From contig JAAOMT010000013.1 in the NCBI GenBank assembly GCA_016748015.1, forward strand, positions 1 to 37,025: DNA of 37,025 nt, given 5' to 3'. Under the pieces are notes generated by a model, which was given only the letters and a program-made list of their open reading frames with translations, did no database searches and was not told where the DNA came from. Each line of letters starts with the position of its first letter. Positions within the stretch are counted from its first letter, which is position 1. A program made the position numbers and the translations under genes. Positions 12,160 to 23,529 of this stretch are shown piece by piece. This DNA is from Geosiphon pyriformis uo1 (Eukaryota > Fungi > Glomeromycota).

Positions 12160-12560
12160 TATTAATCTGAATCTATTTTTTTTTTGGCTGTAATCTCTAA
12201 TTTTTTTTTTGTTTTCATTAACACTAACTGAGCTATTTTAACAAGAGATAAGAATATTGTCTGTGCTATTTTTTTATTTGGTTTAATAACATATTTTTTT
12301 TCTGAGTTATTTTGTAGTATTGTAATAATATTTTCTATATATCCTGCATTAATTATTTTTTCTCTAATGTTAATTTCTTTTTTTGCTAAACTAGATCTTA
12401 ATGCTAGTTGAACTATTGTTGTTATTAAAATTTCTAGGACTATTTTCAGATCTATGTTGATATGTGAATGTGATCCCAATTTGATGACAGTTTTTCCAAA
12501 ATATTTAAGATCAAACTCTGTATTAGTATTATGTACTTGTTCTGATATAATATCTTCCTT
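12160..12560 (-). pseudogene. dUTPase domain in pol of Gypsy #2
   Basis: ORF 12162-12479 has QLALRSSLAKK (motif 2), KIINAGYIENI (motif 3, GIIDAGYxG-like) and KIAQTIF (motif 4). Upstream TEFDLKY is motif 1 (AGFDL-like); motif 5 is eroded. Confidence 0.9.
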
Positions 12561-12779
12561 ATTATTATTGAACTATTTTAGTTTTTGTTCCATTAACAGA
12601 TATAAAAATACAATATATTGTTTGAAATTATTATCAAAATTTGAATTGTTATTGTTATTGTCATATTGAATGAAGTTGAAACCATTGTTGTTGTTATTGT
12701 CAAAGTCTAAATTGGAATTGAATTTTAATTCTAATTTTACTGTGCATTTGCTAATTGGTTTTTTTTTCTTAAAAATTAA

Positions 12780-13460
12780 ATAGATTATGCATAGTAGTAA
12801 ATTGTAGATAAGATTACAATTATCACAATATTTAAAGATACTAAGAATTAAGCAGTGTTTATAGAGTCTTGTATTTAACTGTTCCAAATATTGCTTTTAT
12901 TTTTCTCTAGTAAGTGTTAAGTCTTGATAGTATTTATAGAATTATTTTGGATTGCTTAGAATATCAAAAAATACATCTGAATTGGAAATAAAAACAGTAT
13001 CAACCAGTTTTGGTAAGTTGTTTTTAATTACTAATATTTTGCTGGGTGATGTACTTTCAATTTTGGCACTTGTTATTTACCAAATTTTGTTTTTGTTATA
13101 TAAATAACCATCTAAGTATGATAGTGCTCAGTTCTATGCAGCATTAAAAAACATTCTTTGGCTTACTCGGTCACTTATTAGAATTGTGTATTGATACAAT
13201 ATGTCACATATTTCTTCTCTATTGGGAATATTATTCCACATTTTTTTGTCAAATAGCTTTTTACTACAAGTAAGACACAGTTCATTGTCTTACTTTCTTT
13301 ATTATTTTGAATAACTAAAACATTCTTGGTAACATGGCTTACAGTAATAACAGGTTTGCATCCAGTAGTTTTCATTTAGCACAACTCAAGCTTTCATAAA
13401 TAAAAACTTTTTCTTGCAGTTTATACATTTGAAAGAAATATAGGATGGTTTTTTTCTTAT
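12780..13460 (-). pseudogene. Cys-rich (multiple CxxC) domain of unknown function between protease and dUTPase
   Basis: KCINCKKK, YYCKPCY, CLTCSKK, CDILYQY, then LYKHCLILSIFKYCDNCNLIY (ORF 12573-12887) followed by an N/D-rich linker. Confidence 0.7.
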
Positions 13461-13689
13461 GTCTACTAAGTATAGTATATGCCAACTATTGGTTGTTTAA
13501 CTAGTATTGATAGTGGCTTGTTATTTGTCCTCCTCTTTTTTTTTTTTCTTTGTTGTTCTATGATAAGTTTGGCAGTAGTATGTTGTGATCTTTTTTGGTT
13601 CATAAGACTTGGTAGACTTTCCAAGTAGATTTATTTTTTTTTCTAATTTTATTAGTGGTTGTGGTTAAGTAGTTTGTGGTTTAAAATAA

Positions 13690-14100
13690 CCACATATAGC
13701 CAATATTTATGTGTGTTATCTATTTTGACTAAGCTGTAGCTTTTGAGTAGTCCAATTAAGCATAGTGTTAGTCTTAAACAACCAGTTATTATTAACTAGC
13801 ACTTAATATTGTGTGGCTTTTATAACAAAAATCTTAATTGGCATAATAATGCTATTAACTTTAAATAAAAAGTTATCAATTTTGCCAATTGGAATTTTTG
13901 TTGCTCTATTCACTATCATGATTCAAGTGCTGGTAGTACAATTAACTTAACAATCTAATTGGTCCATGAGTTGTCATGTAATAATACTGTTTGCTGACTT
14001 ACTATTAAAGATTAGTTTAATAGAATGACTATTGATTTTTGTTTCAGTGTATATTACAGTAATTAATTTTGCTTTAAGGGCTGTTTCACTGAATAGAGGT
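13690..14100 (-). pseudogene. Retropepsin aspartic protease of Gypsy #2
   Basis: IKLIFNSKSANSII (LILDSGSAGSII-like; catalytic DSG eroded to NSK at about 13998-14006) and C-terminal VLVNNNW (LVGNDW-like). Confidence 0.8.
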
Positions 14101-14639
14101 GTTTTGATTGATTTCTCAAGTTTAAAAGAAAAGATGGTTGTAAGTAATTTATTTTTGGTGATGGTTGTTAGTAGAATGTTGTTGGTGAGTATTTGGGTTT
14201 GATTGGGTTCCTGTTTGCTAAATTAGGCATCTTCTGAAGTAACTAAGAGACTTAAATAGTTCTGGAAATTCAAGTTTTAGTTGTACCCAGTTTCCAAATT
14301 CTATTGGCATGATCTTAATAGTTGATTTAAGAAGCTGGAGATTGGTTGGTACATGATCATTGTTGATCTCCAGTTTTGTTGAGTATAGATGATTCTTAGT
14401 TTCTGATTTTCAGATGTCATTTGAGCTGAGTTTGTGGCAGTGTTTAAAATAGTTGGAATTAATAGATGACTTGTGGCTGCAATTAATATATTACCAGTAT
14501 TGAAGACTAATAAATTAGTAATAAGTATATTGTTTGTTGCATTATTGGGACATAATGTAGTTGATATAATTCTTAACTTGATTGATAATTCAGAGTTTAA
14601 AATCAGTAATTGGGATTTTAATATTGATTTTCTGATTGT

Positions 14640-16350
14640 TAATTATTAATTCTGGCATGGCAATTAATCCTTATATAACCTTGTTTATCACAATTATAAT
14701 AAATATGCATTTCTTGTAACCATACTTAATAAGTTGATAATAAAAAAAAATGCAATTAATTTTAGAACTGATTAAAGATTCCTGAATTGTTATAACATTG
14801 TAAAGATTAATATATTGCTTAATTGTTAACTAAGTATCTCTTCAATTTCTGGTTAATAAAATCTTTAAATTGTTTCAACTTAGAGTTTAAGTTAGATGAT
14901 CTAATTATTATTAGATTAACAGCTTAAGCATGGTTGGCTTTTAGCTTAACTGATTTGAAATCTCTGATATATGTGACTGCATCCTAAAGTGTTTGTAGAT
15001 ATAATAGATGTATGTACTAGAGAATACTATTGTGTAGACTATGAATGAACTGATTCAAAATCTGTGGTGCTGTAAAGTAATTTACATTAATTACTTGTAT
15101 TTAGTGCAAATTTTTATAGAAACATTTTAGATATGTGATAACAGCTTCAGTTTTTCTTTGTTTGATGGTAGTGAAGACAGTTACAAAGCAATTAATGCTG
15201 TTATTATTACTAAAATATCTCAAAAATTCAGTTTTGAAATCATTAAAATTTTGTGGCTTCTGAATTAAGCTTTAATACCAGGAGTTGGCAGTATTCTGAG
15301 AAAAATATGGAATGGCTTGAAAAGCTCTAGCATTATTCTAATTATTGCCAGTAATGGCTTTTATTATGTTGTTTAACCAAACTTGGGCATTGTTTTTTTT
15401 GCCATTGAATTTTTTTAATTTGATAATTGATATATATGTCATTGGTAATGGTTGTTGTGATGATTGTTGTTAAAATAATTGTTGTGACTGTTATTATTGT
15501 TTGACAATCAGGACAACTAGTAGTGGATCAATTACAATTACTAAAGGTAAGTTTTGGAAAACAATAAGAGCTAGATTTAAATTATTTGGATTTTGCTAAG
15601 TTAAAATAATCAGGATTTAAATGTTCAGGTTTTTTGAAATCAGATTTTGGTAATTAAATTCCTGATCTTTATCTTTTTTTTCTCCCAAATCAGTTATTTT
15701 TCAAGAACTAGTGGCTCCAAAATTAAGTTGAGATAACAGTGATTGAAATCCTGATGGGATTGGTAATTGCAATTTAAATTCTTCAAAAAAATTGTCATAA
15801 GTTCCCAATAAATTGGCTTTTTTTTGGTTGTTTTGGAACATTATTCTTGCTGATAATATTTTTGCAGTTGATGTGAACATGTTTGCTAATATTATGTTGA
15901 TAGTACTTCTTAGTGTATAATAGTATAATAGATAAATAGATAAAACTACTCTTGGTTTTTTCCAAGTAAGTAATTGTATTTTTTTTAGTGTTTCTGTTGG
16001 TGTTTGTAGTTTTCTTATATCTGCAAAGATAATAGAAAATTTTTGTTGTGTGTAATTTTTAATCTCTCTATTTATTCCTGTAATTGTTGATATAAACAGA
16101 TGATTTGGGAAAAATGTAGTGCTTTATAATTCACTATTGAAATTGTTGAGAATAGCTTTTAAATTTCTTTTGGCTTGCAAATATGATTTGATTTTTTTGT
16201 TAACATAGAAATTAAAAGCTAATTCTGCTGGCCAGTTGTTACTTGTTAATTTGAGGTAATTTTTATAATACTGAGATAAGAATTTTGTAAATCTTAAATG
16301 GTTTTTTTTTATATTTTTTTGGTCTGCTACTTTTTTAGATTATTGTTGTT
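14640..16350 (-). pseudogene. gag (N-terminal extension, capsid-like core, CCHC knuckle) of Gypsy #2
   Basis: MTYISIIKLKKFNG...AQVWLN...AFQAIPYFSQNTANSWY...FKTEFLRYF...TIKQRKTEAVITYL...ILNQFIHSL; eroded knuckle YYNCDKQGYIRINC at about 14655-14705. Confidence 0.85.
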
Positions 16351-16380
16351 AGTGCTGGTTTTCTGTTAGATCTTATTTTA

Positions 16381-16392
16381 CAGAAAGCACCA
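16381..16392 (-). promoter_or_regulatory. Primer binding site (TGGTGCTTTCTG)
   Basis: Begins TGG two nucleotides inside the 5' LTR and is complementary to a tRNA 3' end ...GCACCA. The tRNA identity cannot be determined here. Confidence 0.75.
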
Positions 16393-16394
16393 AA

Positions 16395-17381
16395 TGTTAC
16401 AGGTAATTATTTGGAATGTTAATACAAATAACAAATCTGTAATTTAGTGCTCAATAGCTAATATTATTGATAATATCTGAAAATTTTAATATCTGAAGAT
16501 TTTGGTTAAGTCTTTTATATAATAAACAGAGATTCAATAGTGATATTTTTTTGTAATATTTTTAGTGTTTTTCTAACCTTTAAGTTAGTGTGTATTGTTG
16601 TCTATTATTTTTCAAAATACCTATATTCTATCAATTTTTTTCTCAGCTTAGTAGTCAGTATTTCCTAATAAGCTATTCTTAATTTCGAGTGTTTATCTTT
16701 ATTTTTGGGTCTTTTACCAGTACTATATTCTAATGTTAGTACTCCACATGTTAATTTTTTTAATCAGTTAATAAATCAACAAAACAAAATAAATAAATAA
16801 AAAAAAGAAATAAAGAAAAAAATAAAAGAAAAAAAAATTAGTATTCTGTTAATAGCTGTAATCAAGAGCTATTATTTCAGTATAATTAAATATTAAATTC
16901 TATTAACATAGAGTGTTAATAAAGCAGAGATAATTTAATATTCTTTAATCAAATAATAATAATATGGATTCAAGTGATAATTGATAATTTATTGATATGT
17001 AATGTAGAATTTGAACTGCTTCTAACTGTGTTTCTTAACTGGAAATTCTAATTGTGTATTTTGTCTTTTCTGTTTTTAATACTTTTACTATATATACATA
17101 TTTAATGTTCTATGAGATCTCACATACTTGTGAGCAATGTGCTATAATTTCTTAAGCAATATTCATATTGCTAAGCAATGTGTTTTAATCTATTAACATT
17201 GTTTATATTGCTAAGCAATATGTTCTAATCTACTGATATTGTTTATATTGCTTATATTGCTAAGCAATGTGCCATAATTTATTAGCAATATGTTTATGTG
17301 TTCAATACTATTCTCTTATTGGTCTATTTTTTCTATTTGTTTTTTTTTCTATTTTTTTTGTATTCTTTTCTATAAGTAATA
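16395..17381 (-). repeat. 5' LTR of Gypsy #2 (U3 type B)
   Basis: TGTTAC at 16395 and GTAATA (eroded GTAACA) at 17376-17381; U3 carries repeated ATTGCTAAGCAAT; matches the solo LTR at 1053-2756. Confidence 0.9.
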
Positions 17382-18378
17382 CCAAGTAGAAAAACTAATT
17401 TAAGTTATGAAAAAACATGATCAAAAACGTAATAACACAAAATAACATAAAAAAACACAAAATAATATGTAATAATTTGAATTAACACAATACAAAATGC
17501 AATAATATGATATAGCACAAAATATTAAAGATAACTAGTAATAACATAGAAAAACAAAGCAATAACAAAAATAGCAAACAATAATTAGCAATAATAAAAC
17601 AATCAAAAACAGTCTTGTAAAATTAAGAGAAATATATAAAAGAGAGTAGTTATAGGAAATAAAAAGACAAACAGATAGACAAAAATCAACTTTCTTCTAT
17701 TTATATTTGTTACATATTTCTTATTATATTTTATATTTTATATTATGAAAATAAAAAAAATATTAACAAAACTTGAGATCTCTGTTTGTTTAATTTTTAT
17801 ATTTTATGCATTATAACTGAATTAATCTTGTTCTTATCTTTGTTTTCAGCCAGATGTTCTTAGCATAAAACAGTCTCAAACTATTACAACTTGGACCAAT
17901 CACTCTTGATTATGGTAATTGATAATACTAATTTATCTTTTTTTATTTTTTTTTATTTTTTATTTTTTATTTTATTCTTTTTTGTAGAATGGCAACATAG
18001 AAAAATTAACTGTCTGAGAATAGATTTCATAATAGTCTGGTAAAAGAAAAAAGCTTTTCCTAGGTTTGAATATTAACATTATCTTATTAGCTTACCAAAA
18101 AGGTAAAAAAACACCATTAGATCTTAGCAACTGCACTTAATTAGCTTGGAGAAAAAAGCTCATATTAACTAATTACCCATATTATAAAAACTATAACTCT
18201 GTGTCTTATAACCAAAGAACTTTATAGGTAAATTTATATCAATCAAAAAAACCTTTAGAAACTAATAACACTAATACTTTAAACAAATCTACCAAAAAAA
18301 ACTATCAAAAACTCTTTAAAAACCCAAATTTTGAGCACCAAACATTACTACCATATACCACCAAGTTTATTTGTAACA
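17382..18378 (+). mobile_element. LTR of a third family (C), first few bases lost
   Basis: Ends TGTAACA at 18378 with right flank ACAC; TATATAAA at about 17633; shares CTCTTGAT...ATTGAT...ATACTAA and CTGGTAAAAGA motifs with the other LTRs; reverse-complement similarity to 28401-29340. Confidence 0.78.
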
Positions 18379-20700
18379 ACACACATAAAAATTTAGACTA
18401 TAGCCAATAAAACATATTTTCTTATCATAAAATTCTAGTAAACTAAAAAATTATAAACAGTAATATCAGCTAAACAAAATATACAACCAATCTTGATATA
18501 AATCTCTTAATATTCACAATTGTTTATCATTAACAATCAATACTACCTGCACAGAATTTTTTTTTATAAGAACTGACCACTTAGATGTAATTAGACCAAC
18601 AACTTTAAATGATACAAATTCAACTAAAGTTTTTTACCAAAAACCAATCAGCTGTATTTTGATAAAAATCATCTTATTAAATTTAGAAATATTGATTGAA
18701 ATCTTATTAACAATAATTTTCTAATTTGTATGGCTGTTTGTTTTCTTAATATTAACATTAATAAGAATTTTTTTATTGATAACTAAATCTCTAGTTTTTT
18801 ACAAACTTAAATTCGAAGTGAAAGAAAACTTAATTATCTTTGGAAATTTTGAAAGAATGAAAACTCCTCCAAAACCATCAATTTAATAGAAAATTTTCTT
18901 AATTGCAATCAATTTATCATTATTAGTTTTGCTCAGCACAGCAGATAACTCAATATTAATGTGAAAAATTTAACTGTTTCGAAATTGTATTTATCCAAAA
19001 TACATAATTTCACTGTTAGCAAATGCTATTACTGGAAATTTTTGGTCTTTTTTTTTGAATGTTGTTAATGTTTATTTGCTGTGAATTCACGTTTTTTAAA
19101 AGTAATTGGATTTTTGATAACTGAATTTATTTTCAAATTATCTTCTATAATTTGAACTGCTAGATTTATAAGTAGAATGGCCAATTTTGTGCCAGTTACT
19201 TTGTGTAGTTATATTGTAGTAAATGTTAACTCTTTTCCAAAAATTGCTTGTCTAAAAGCTTATTAAAATATGTAGTTGCTTTGCTGTAAAAGTCAATTCT
19301 TTTACAAAAATCTCGTTTGTAAGCTATCCTAATAATTATAATANNNNNNNNNNNNNNNNNNNNAGGTGTGTAAAAGATGATTTGTTCTAATTAAGATATC
19401 TAAAAGTAAGATACATTTTGGCAAACTACAAGTTATTTCTAAAAACTATTGATTATTTTAACCAATTTCTACTAATTTCGGCGAATTTTTGAATATTAAA
19501 TAGTTTAAAATATTGTGTAATTTAATTATTTTAATTTCTATAGTGCAAATTGAGTTATTAATTAAATAATGATATTTGATAATTTAATTAATTAATAAGT
19601 AATAATTAAAATGATAATAATATATACTAATTAATGCTAGAAATTAGAAAAGTAATTTTATGCTAATTAATAGCTAAAATTCTACTGGTAACAATGCTTA
19701 ATATCAGAAAACTTAGGAACTGAAAATGTCAAAATATTATTATTATCATCACTTAAATTGTCAAAAAAAATTTTCTTTGGCTGACTATCCAAAACATATA
19801 TTTTGATATATGTTTTTTTAGACATGATATTATTCATTACATTATCAACTTCCAAAGCATTTGAATCTGTATAGTTGGTTTCTTTTGCAACAGTATTTTT
19901 TATGTTTTCTAAGTCTAATATACTACTGATGCTGTTTGTTTTGTTATTCACTTTACTGTTTTAAAACTTCATAGACTTGTCATTGTTAGTAATTATATTT
20001 ACAAGATCCAAAGAACCAGCAGATGTTTTGATTATATTACTAACAATAGTAGATCTCTTGAGTATTTTGTAAGAAGTATTATATGAGCAAGCATTTACCA
20101 AATATTTAGTTTTAATACNNNNNNNNNNNNNNNNNNNNTTATTTTTTTATTAAAAATTAATTTGATAGATAATTTTTAAAACATTTAAAACTTGTTTCTA
20201 AATAAATATTTAGTTAAAATTTATATTGTTTATAATATATTTTTTAATTAAATTTATTTAAGAAATAAAATAACAGTATTAATAAGCTTTTATATGTAAT
20301 AATTTTTAAATATTTTATTTTTATTTTTATCTTTAATCTTATTTTTATTTTTATTTTTTTATTAAATTTATAAATAAAATTCAATTATAATTTAGTATAA
20401 TATATTAAATTAAATAATTTAAATTAAGTATAAATTATGTTTTTTTATATGTAATCAAGTATTTAAATTNNNNNNNNNNNNNNNNNNNNGTAGATCTCTT
20501 GAGTATTTTGTAAGAAGTATTATATGAGCAAGCATTTACCAAATATTTAGTTTTAATACCAGACTGGATTCCCAATTTAGCTGAACTAAATACCAATCCA
20601 TTAGTAGAAGAGCTTACTGATTTCATAATTACAAACAAAAATATGTTGAAAAAAATAAATGTAAAAGTAAAGAAGATAGAAAGTAAAAAAAATTTATTTC
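18379..20700 (-). mobile_element. 5' fragment of a LINE (ORF1 only), interrupted by a solo LTR and assembly gaps
   Basis: Minus-strand translation resembles ORF1 of the plus-strand LINE: KFFTLILSY...KLIAIKKIFY*IDGFGGVFILSKFPKIIK versus KFFVLNISL...KLIVVRKLFSKVNSFGGVSTLSKFFEIIR. ORFs 19682-19951 and 20435-20638 form its N-terminus. Confidence 0.8.
19027..19693 (-). mobile_element. Solo LTR (family D) with perfect 4-bp TSD ATGC
   Basis: TATTACTGG...CTGGTAACA termini; ATGC at 19023-19026 and 19694-19697; LINE ORF1 resumes on both sides; similar to 1-467. Confidence 0.85.
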
Positions 20701-21749
20701 TTTAATATATTCTAGCTTTTATTATAACTAAGTAATTAACAAAAAAAAAATTATATTTAATTATTTTTTTATTTTTAATAATCAATAAAAAAATAATTTA
20801 ATTATTAAAACACTAATAATTTAACTATATATTTATTAAACAAGTTAATTTTTATAAGTAAATAAAACATAAAATAATAATAAACTATTATTATATTTTT
20901 AAATTTTTTAGAAAAATTAAACAGTTATAATTTTAAAATTAATTATATATATTAATTTTTACAAATTTAATTTACATATTGTTTAAAATATAACAAAAAT
21001 AACTTAAATTTTATCAAACTTAATTTTTTGTTTTTCTGTTTGATTTATTTTTTTATTAAAAATTAATTTGATAGATAATTTTTAAAACATTTAAAACTTG
21101 TTTCTAAATAAATATTTAGTTAAAATTTATATTGTTTATAATATATTTTTTAATTAAATTTATTTAAGAAATAAAATAACAGTATTAATAAGCTTTTATA
21201 TTTAATAATTTTTAAATATTTTATTTTTATTTTTATCTTTAATCTTATTTTTATTTTTATTTTTTTATTAAATTTATAAATAAAATTCAATTATAATTTA
21301 GTATAATATATTAAATTAAATAATTTAAATTAAGTATAAATTATGTTTTTTTATATGTAATCAAGTATTTAAATTAGTTAAAACAATATTATATTAAAAC
21401 TATGAAAAAAACTTTATCTTAAGAAGATATTTTATTTATTATAGTAATTAATATACTATTATTAATAATAAAACTACTCAATTATAAAATAGTTGTATTT
21501 ATATTAGATTTAATAAATTAGATTAATATTCCCAAAAAATAAATAATTTAATATAATTATATTTTTCTATTAAAATTACATTTAAATTTAAATCCAAAAA
21601 AAAATTTTTCTTTTTTTTTCATTCATCCTAAATTCGCAAAAAAGAGTTAAAAGTTTTTAAAAGAAGTTTTTTTTTTTTTCAACATTTAGTACAATAAAAC
21701 CAAACCGTTTTTTAATTTTGAGATTACTGTTGGCCCTAGTATTGTCATC

Positions 21750-23529
21750 ATGAAGAAAGTTGTTAAAGATTCTGGCTCTAGTAGGGGTTTTAAACCTGTT
21801 TTGTCAAAGAAAAAGAGAAAAGATGTCACTTTGGAAGAAGGTATTGGCAAAAGAGTATCTTCTAAGGTGTTAAGTGGTCATTCATGGGGTTTTGAAACTG
21901 GTAACACTACTGAGTTTGAAAGCATTGATATGGAAGAAGAATGTCTAATAGAGAAAACCAGTTTTGACTATAGTAAAAGTAATATTATTGTTAACAGAGA
22001 TCATAATTAAATGCCTAAAGAGCCAAGTGTCAAAACTAAAAAAGCATTAGATAAGCCATTAGAAAAAAAAATTTCCAGGTCATAATAGTGATAATAATGT
22101 TTTCTTGGATGCTTCTCTGGAACTTTCCCTTTCCTTGAAGAGTTTGGTTTCTGTTTCTGTTAGGAAATTTTTTGTTTTGAATATCAGCTTAGATAAGGTA
22201 GTTAAAAAATTCTCTCAAGAAAAGCTGATAGTAGTCAGAAAATTGTTTTCAAAAGTTAATAGTTTTGGGGGAGTCTCTACTCTGTCAAAATTTTTTGAAA
22301 TTATCCGTGTTTCTTTTATTTCTGAAGCTAGTTTGGAGCAGACTACAGAAAAAACAAGAGCTACAGACATTTTAGTAAACACCGATCTCAAAAAATCAAC
22401 TATTTGCTCAAATTGGGCTGTGATGGTAAAGAAAATTCTAGTTGAAATATTGGCTAAGGCTGTACATCCTGTGCTTTCTGAATTTGGTTCTGTTATGTCA
22501 ATCAAAATGCAATTGGTAAGACTATGACAAAAAGCTGTAATTGAATTTGTCCAATCAGATCAAGCTGATTTGGTCATAGCTAGATGGTCCATCTTAATCA
22601 GAAAAGATGCTATAAAAGTGGTCAAGGCTAATGCAGACAAAGAATCATGGGATATAAACAATTAGCATAAGGCTTTGTTATATACACTTCTGATAGACAT
22701 CAATGCTTATAATATCTGGAACTTCATTGGCTCTGTGGGTGGAAAAACATATGTTATTAATTAACACCCTATTACATATGCCTGACCCAGGTGTGCTGTT
22801 ATGTGTTTTGACTCTGCTATTTCAATTAATGCTGTCATAGAAACTACACCTGTTTTAAAAGATGTCAATTTGTACTGGTCTTACTTGAGTTTTGCTAAGT
22901 ATGCTAAGTATGAAAATTTGGGTCATATCTTCCTGAGCTGTTTTGTGAGTAGAAAAGTTTCTTCTGGTGGTTCAGCTTGCAGAATACTGTTGGATAATAA
23001 TAAAAGCAGACTGGCTTCCATTTATGCTAGATGTTCTGCTCCAATCTCCCATTCTGTTTCTTTTGATGGTGCCTCTTGGGCCAATATTGTTGGTGGGTCT
23101 TCATTTTTTTCTCTCCCTGTGCACAGTAGTTCAACTGCTTCTGGTGCCTCTTTGAAGATAAAACCTATTCCAATGGTGTTTATAAAATTGAATGATAGGT
23201 TTGTTGCTCTTAAGTGTAGCCTTGTCAACCTTGTAGAATACATTGACAAGTTGGCTAAGAGGTTGAATTTATCTGAGCCAATGGTTTCTCAGTCTAGTCC
23301 TAAATATCAGCTGTTGATGACTCCTTCATTACAGAATTAAGGAGTGCATATAGTAATGGGTGAAAGTTCAGATGTGGTCACTGGTGGTAAGGCTATTGCG
23401 GAAGTAGGGGTTTTTAATCCTATTTCTAAAATGAAAGAAACTCTGAACAATCTTTCAATTACAGTTATGGATTTTTTGGCCAAAATAGACAATGCTGGTT
23501 TGGTTTCTGTTATTTATCTTTCTCAATAA
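21750..23529 (+). pseudogene. LINE ORF1 (nucleic-acid-binding protein; RRM-like segments, eroded CCHC knuckle, coiled-coil-like C-terminus)
   Basis: ORF fragments 21750-22010, 22105-22527, 22801-23340 and 23344-23529; knuckle remnant KYAKYENLGHIFLSC; stop TAA at 23527-23529. Confidence 0.8.

Larger units (their letters stand above)
7382..17381 (-). mobile_element. Near full-length decayed Ty3/Gypsy LTR retrotransposon #2 (about 10 kb) with dUTPase and extra 3' ORF; LTRs non-identical
   Basis: On the minus strand: LTR-PBS-gag(CCHC)-PR-Cys-rich-dUTPase-RT-RH-IN-ORF3-PPT-LTR. TG...CA(-like) termini on both LTRs; no matching TSD (CTGT vs CCAA). Confidence 0.93.

Noticed and set aside
12160-12560. 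Host dut gene
   Set aside because: Collinear with pol between PR and RT and decayed with the element; not a cellular locus.
17125-17295. Spaced palindromic repeats superficially like a CRISPR array
   Set aside because: Units are about 13 bp, spacers are themselves repetitive, the array lies in an LTR U3, and no cas genes are present.
19027-19693. Possible TIR DNA transposon or MITE
   Set aside because: Termini are TGTTAC...GTAACA-type with a 4-bp TSD, and the sequence matches the PPT-adjacent LTR at 1-467, so it is a solo LTR.
20049-20538. Exact duplication of about 70 bp (20049-20118 vs 20489-20558)
   Set aside because: Both copies abut short N gaps; typical scaffolding overlap artefact.
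20139-21375. Near-identical 330-bp duplication (20139-20469 vs about 21044-21375)
   Set aside because: The first copy is a mini-contig bounded by N gaps and differs by about one base; likely a misplaced or allelic contig.
21580-21595. TTTAAAT as a TSD for the plus-strand LINE (also after the tail at about 28347)
   Set aside because: Too common in this AT-rich context and the 5' end is undefined.
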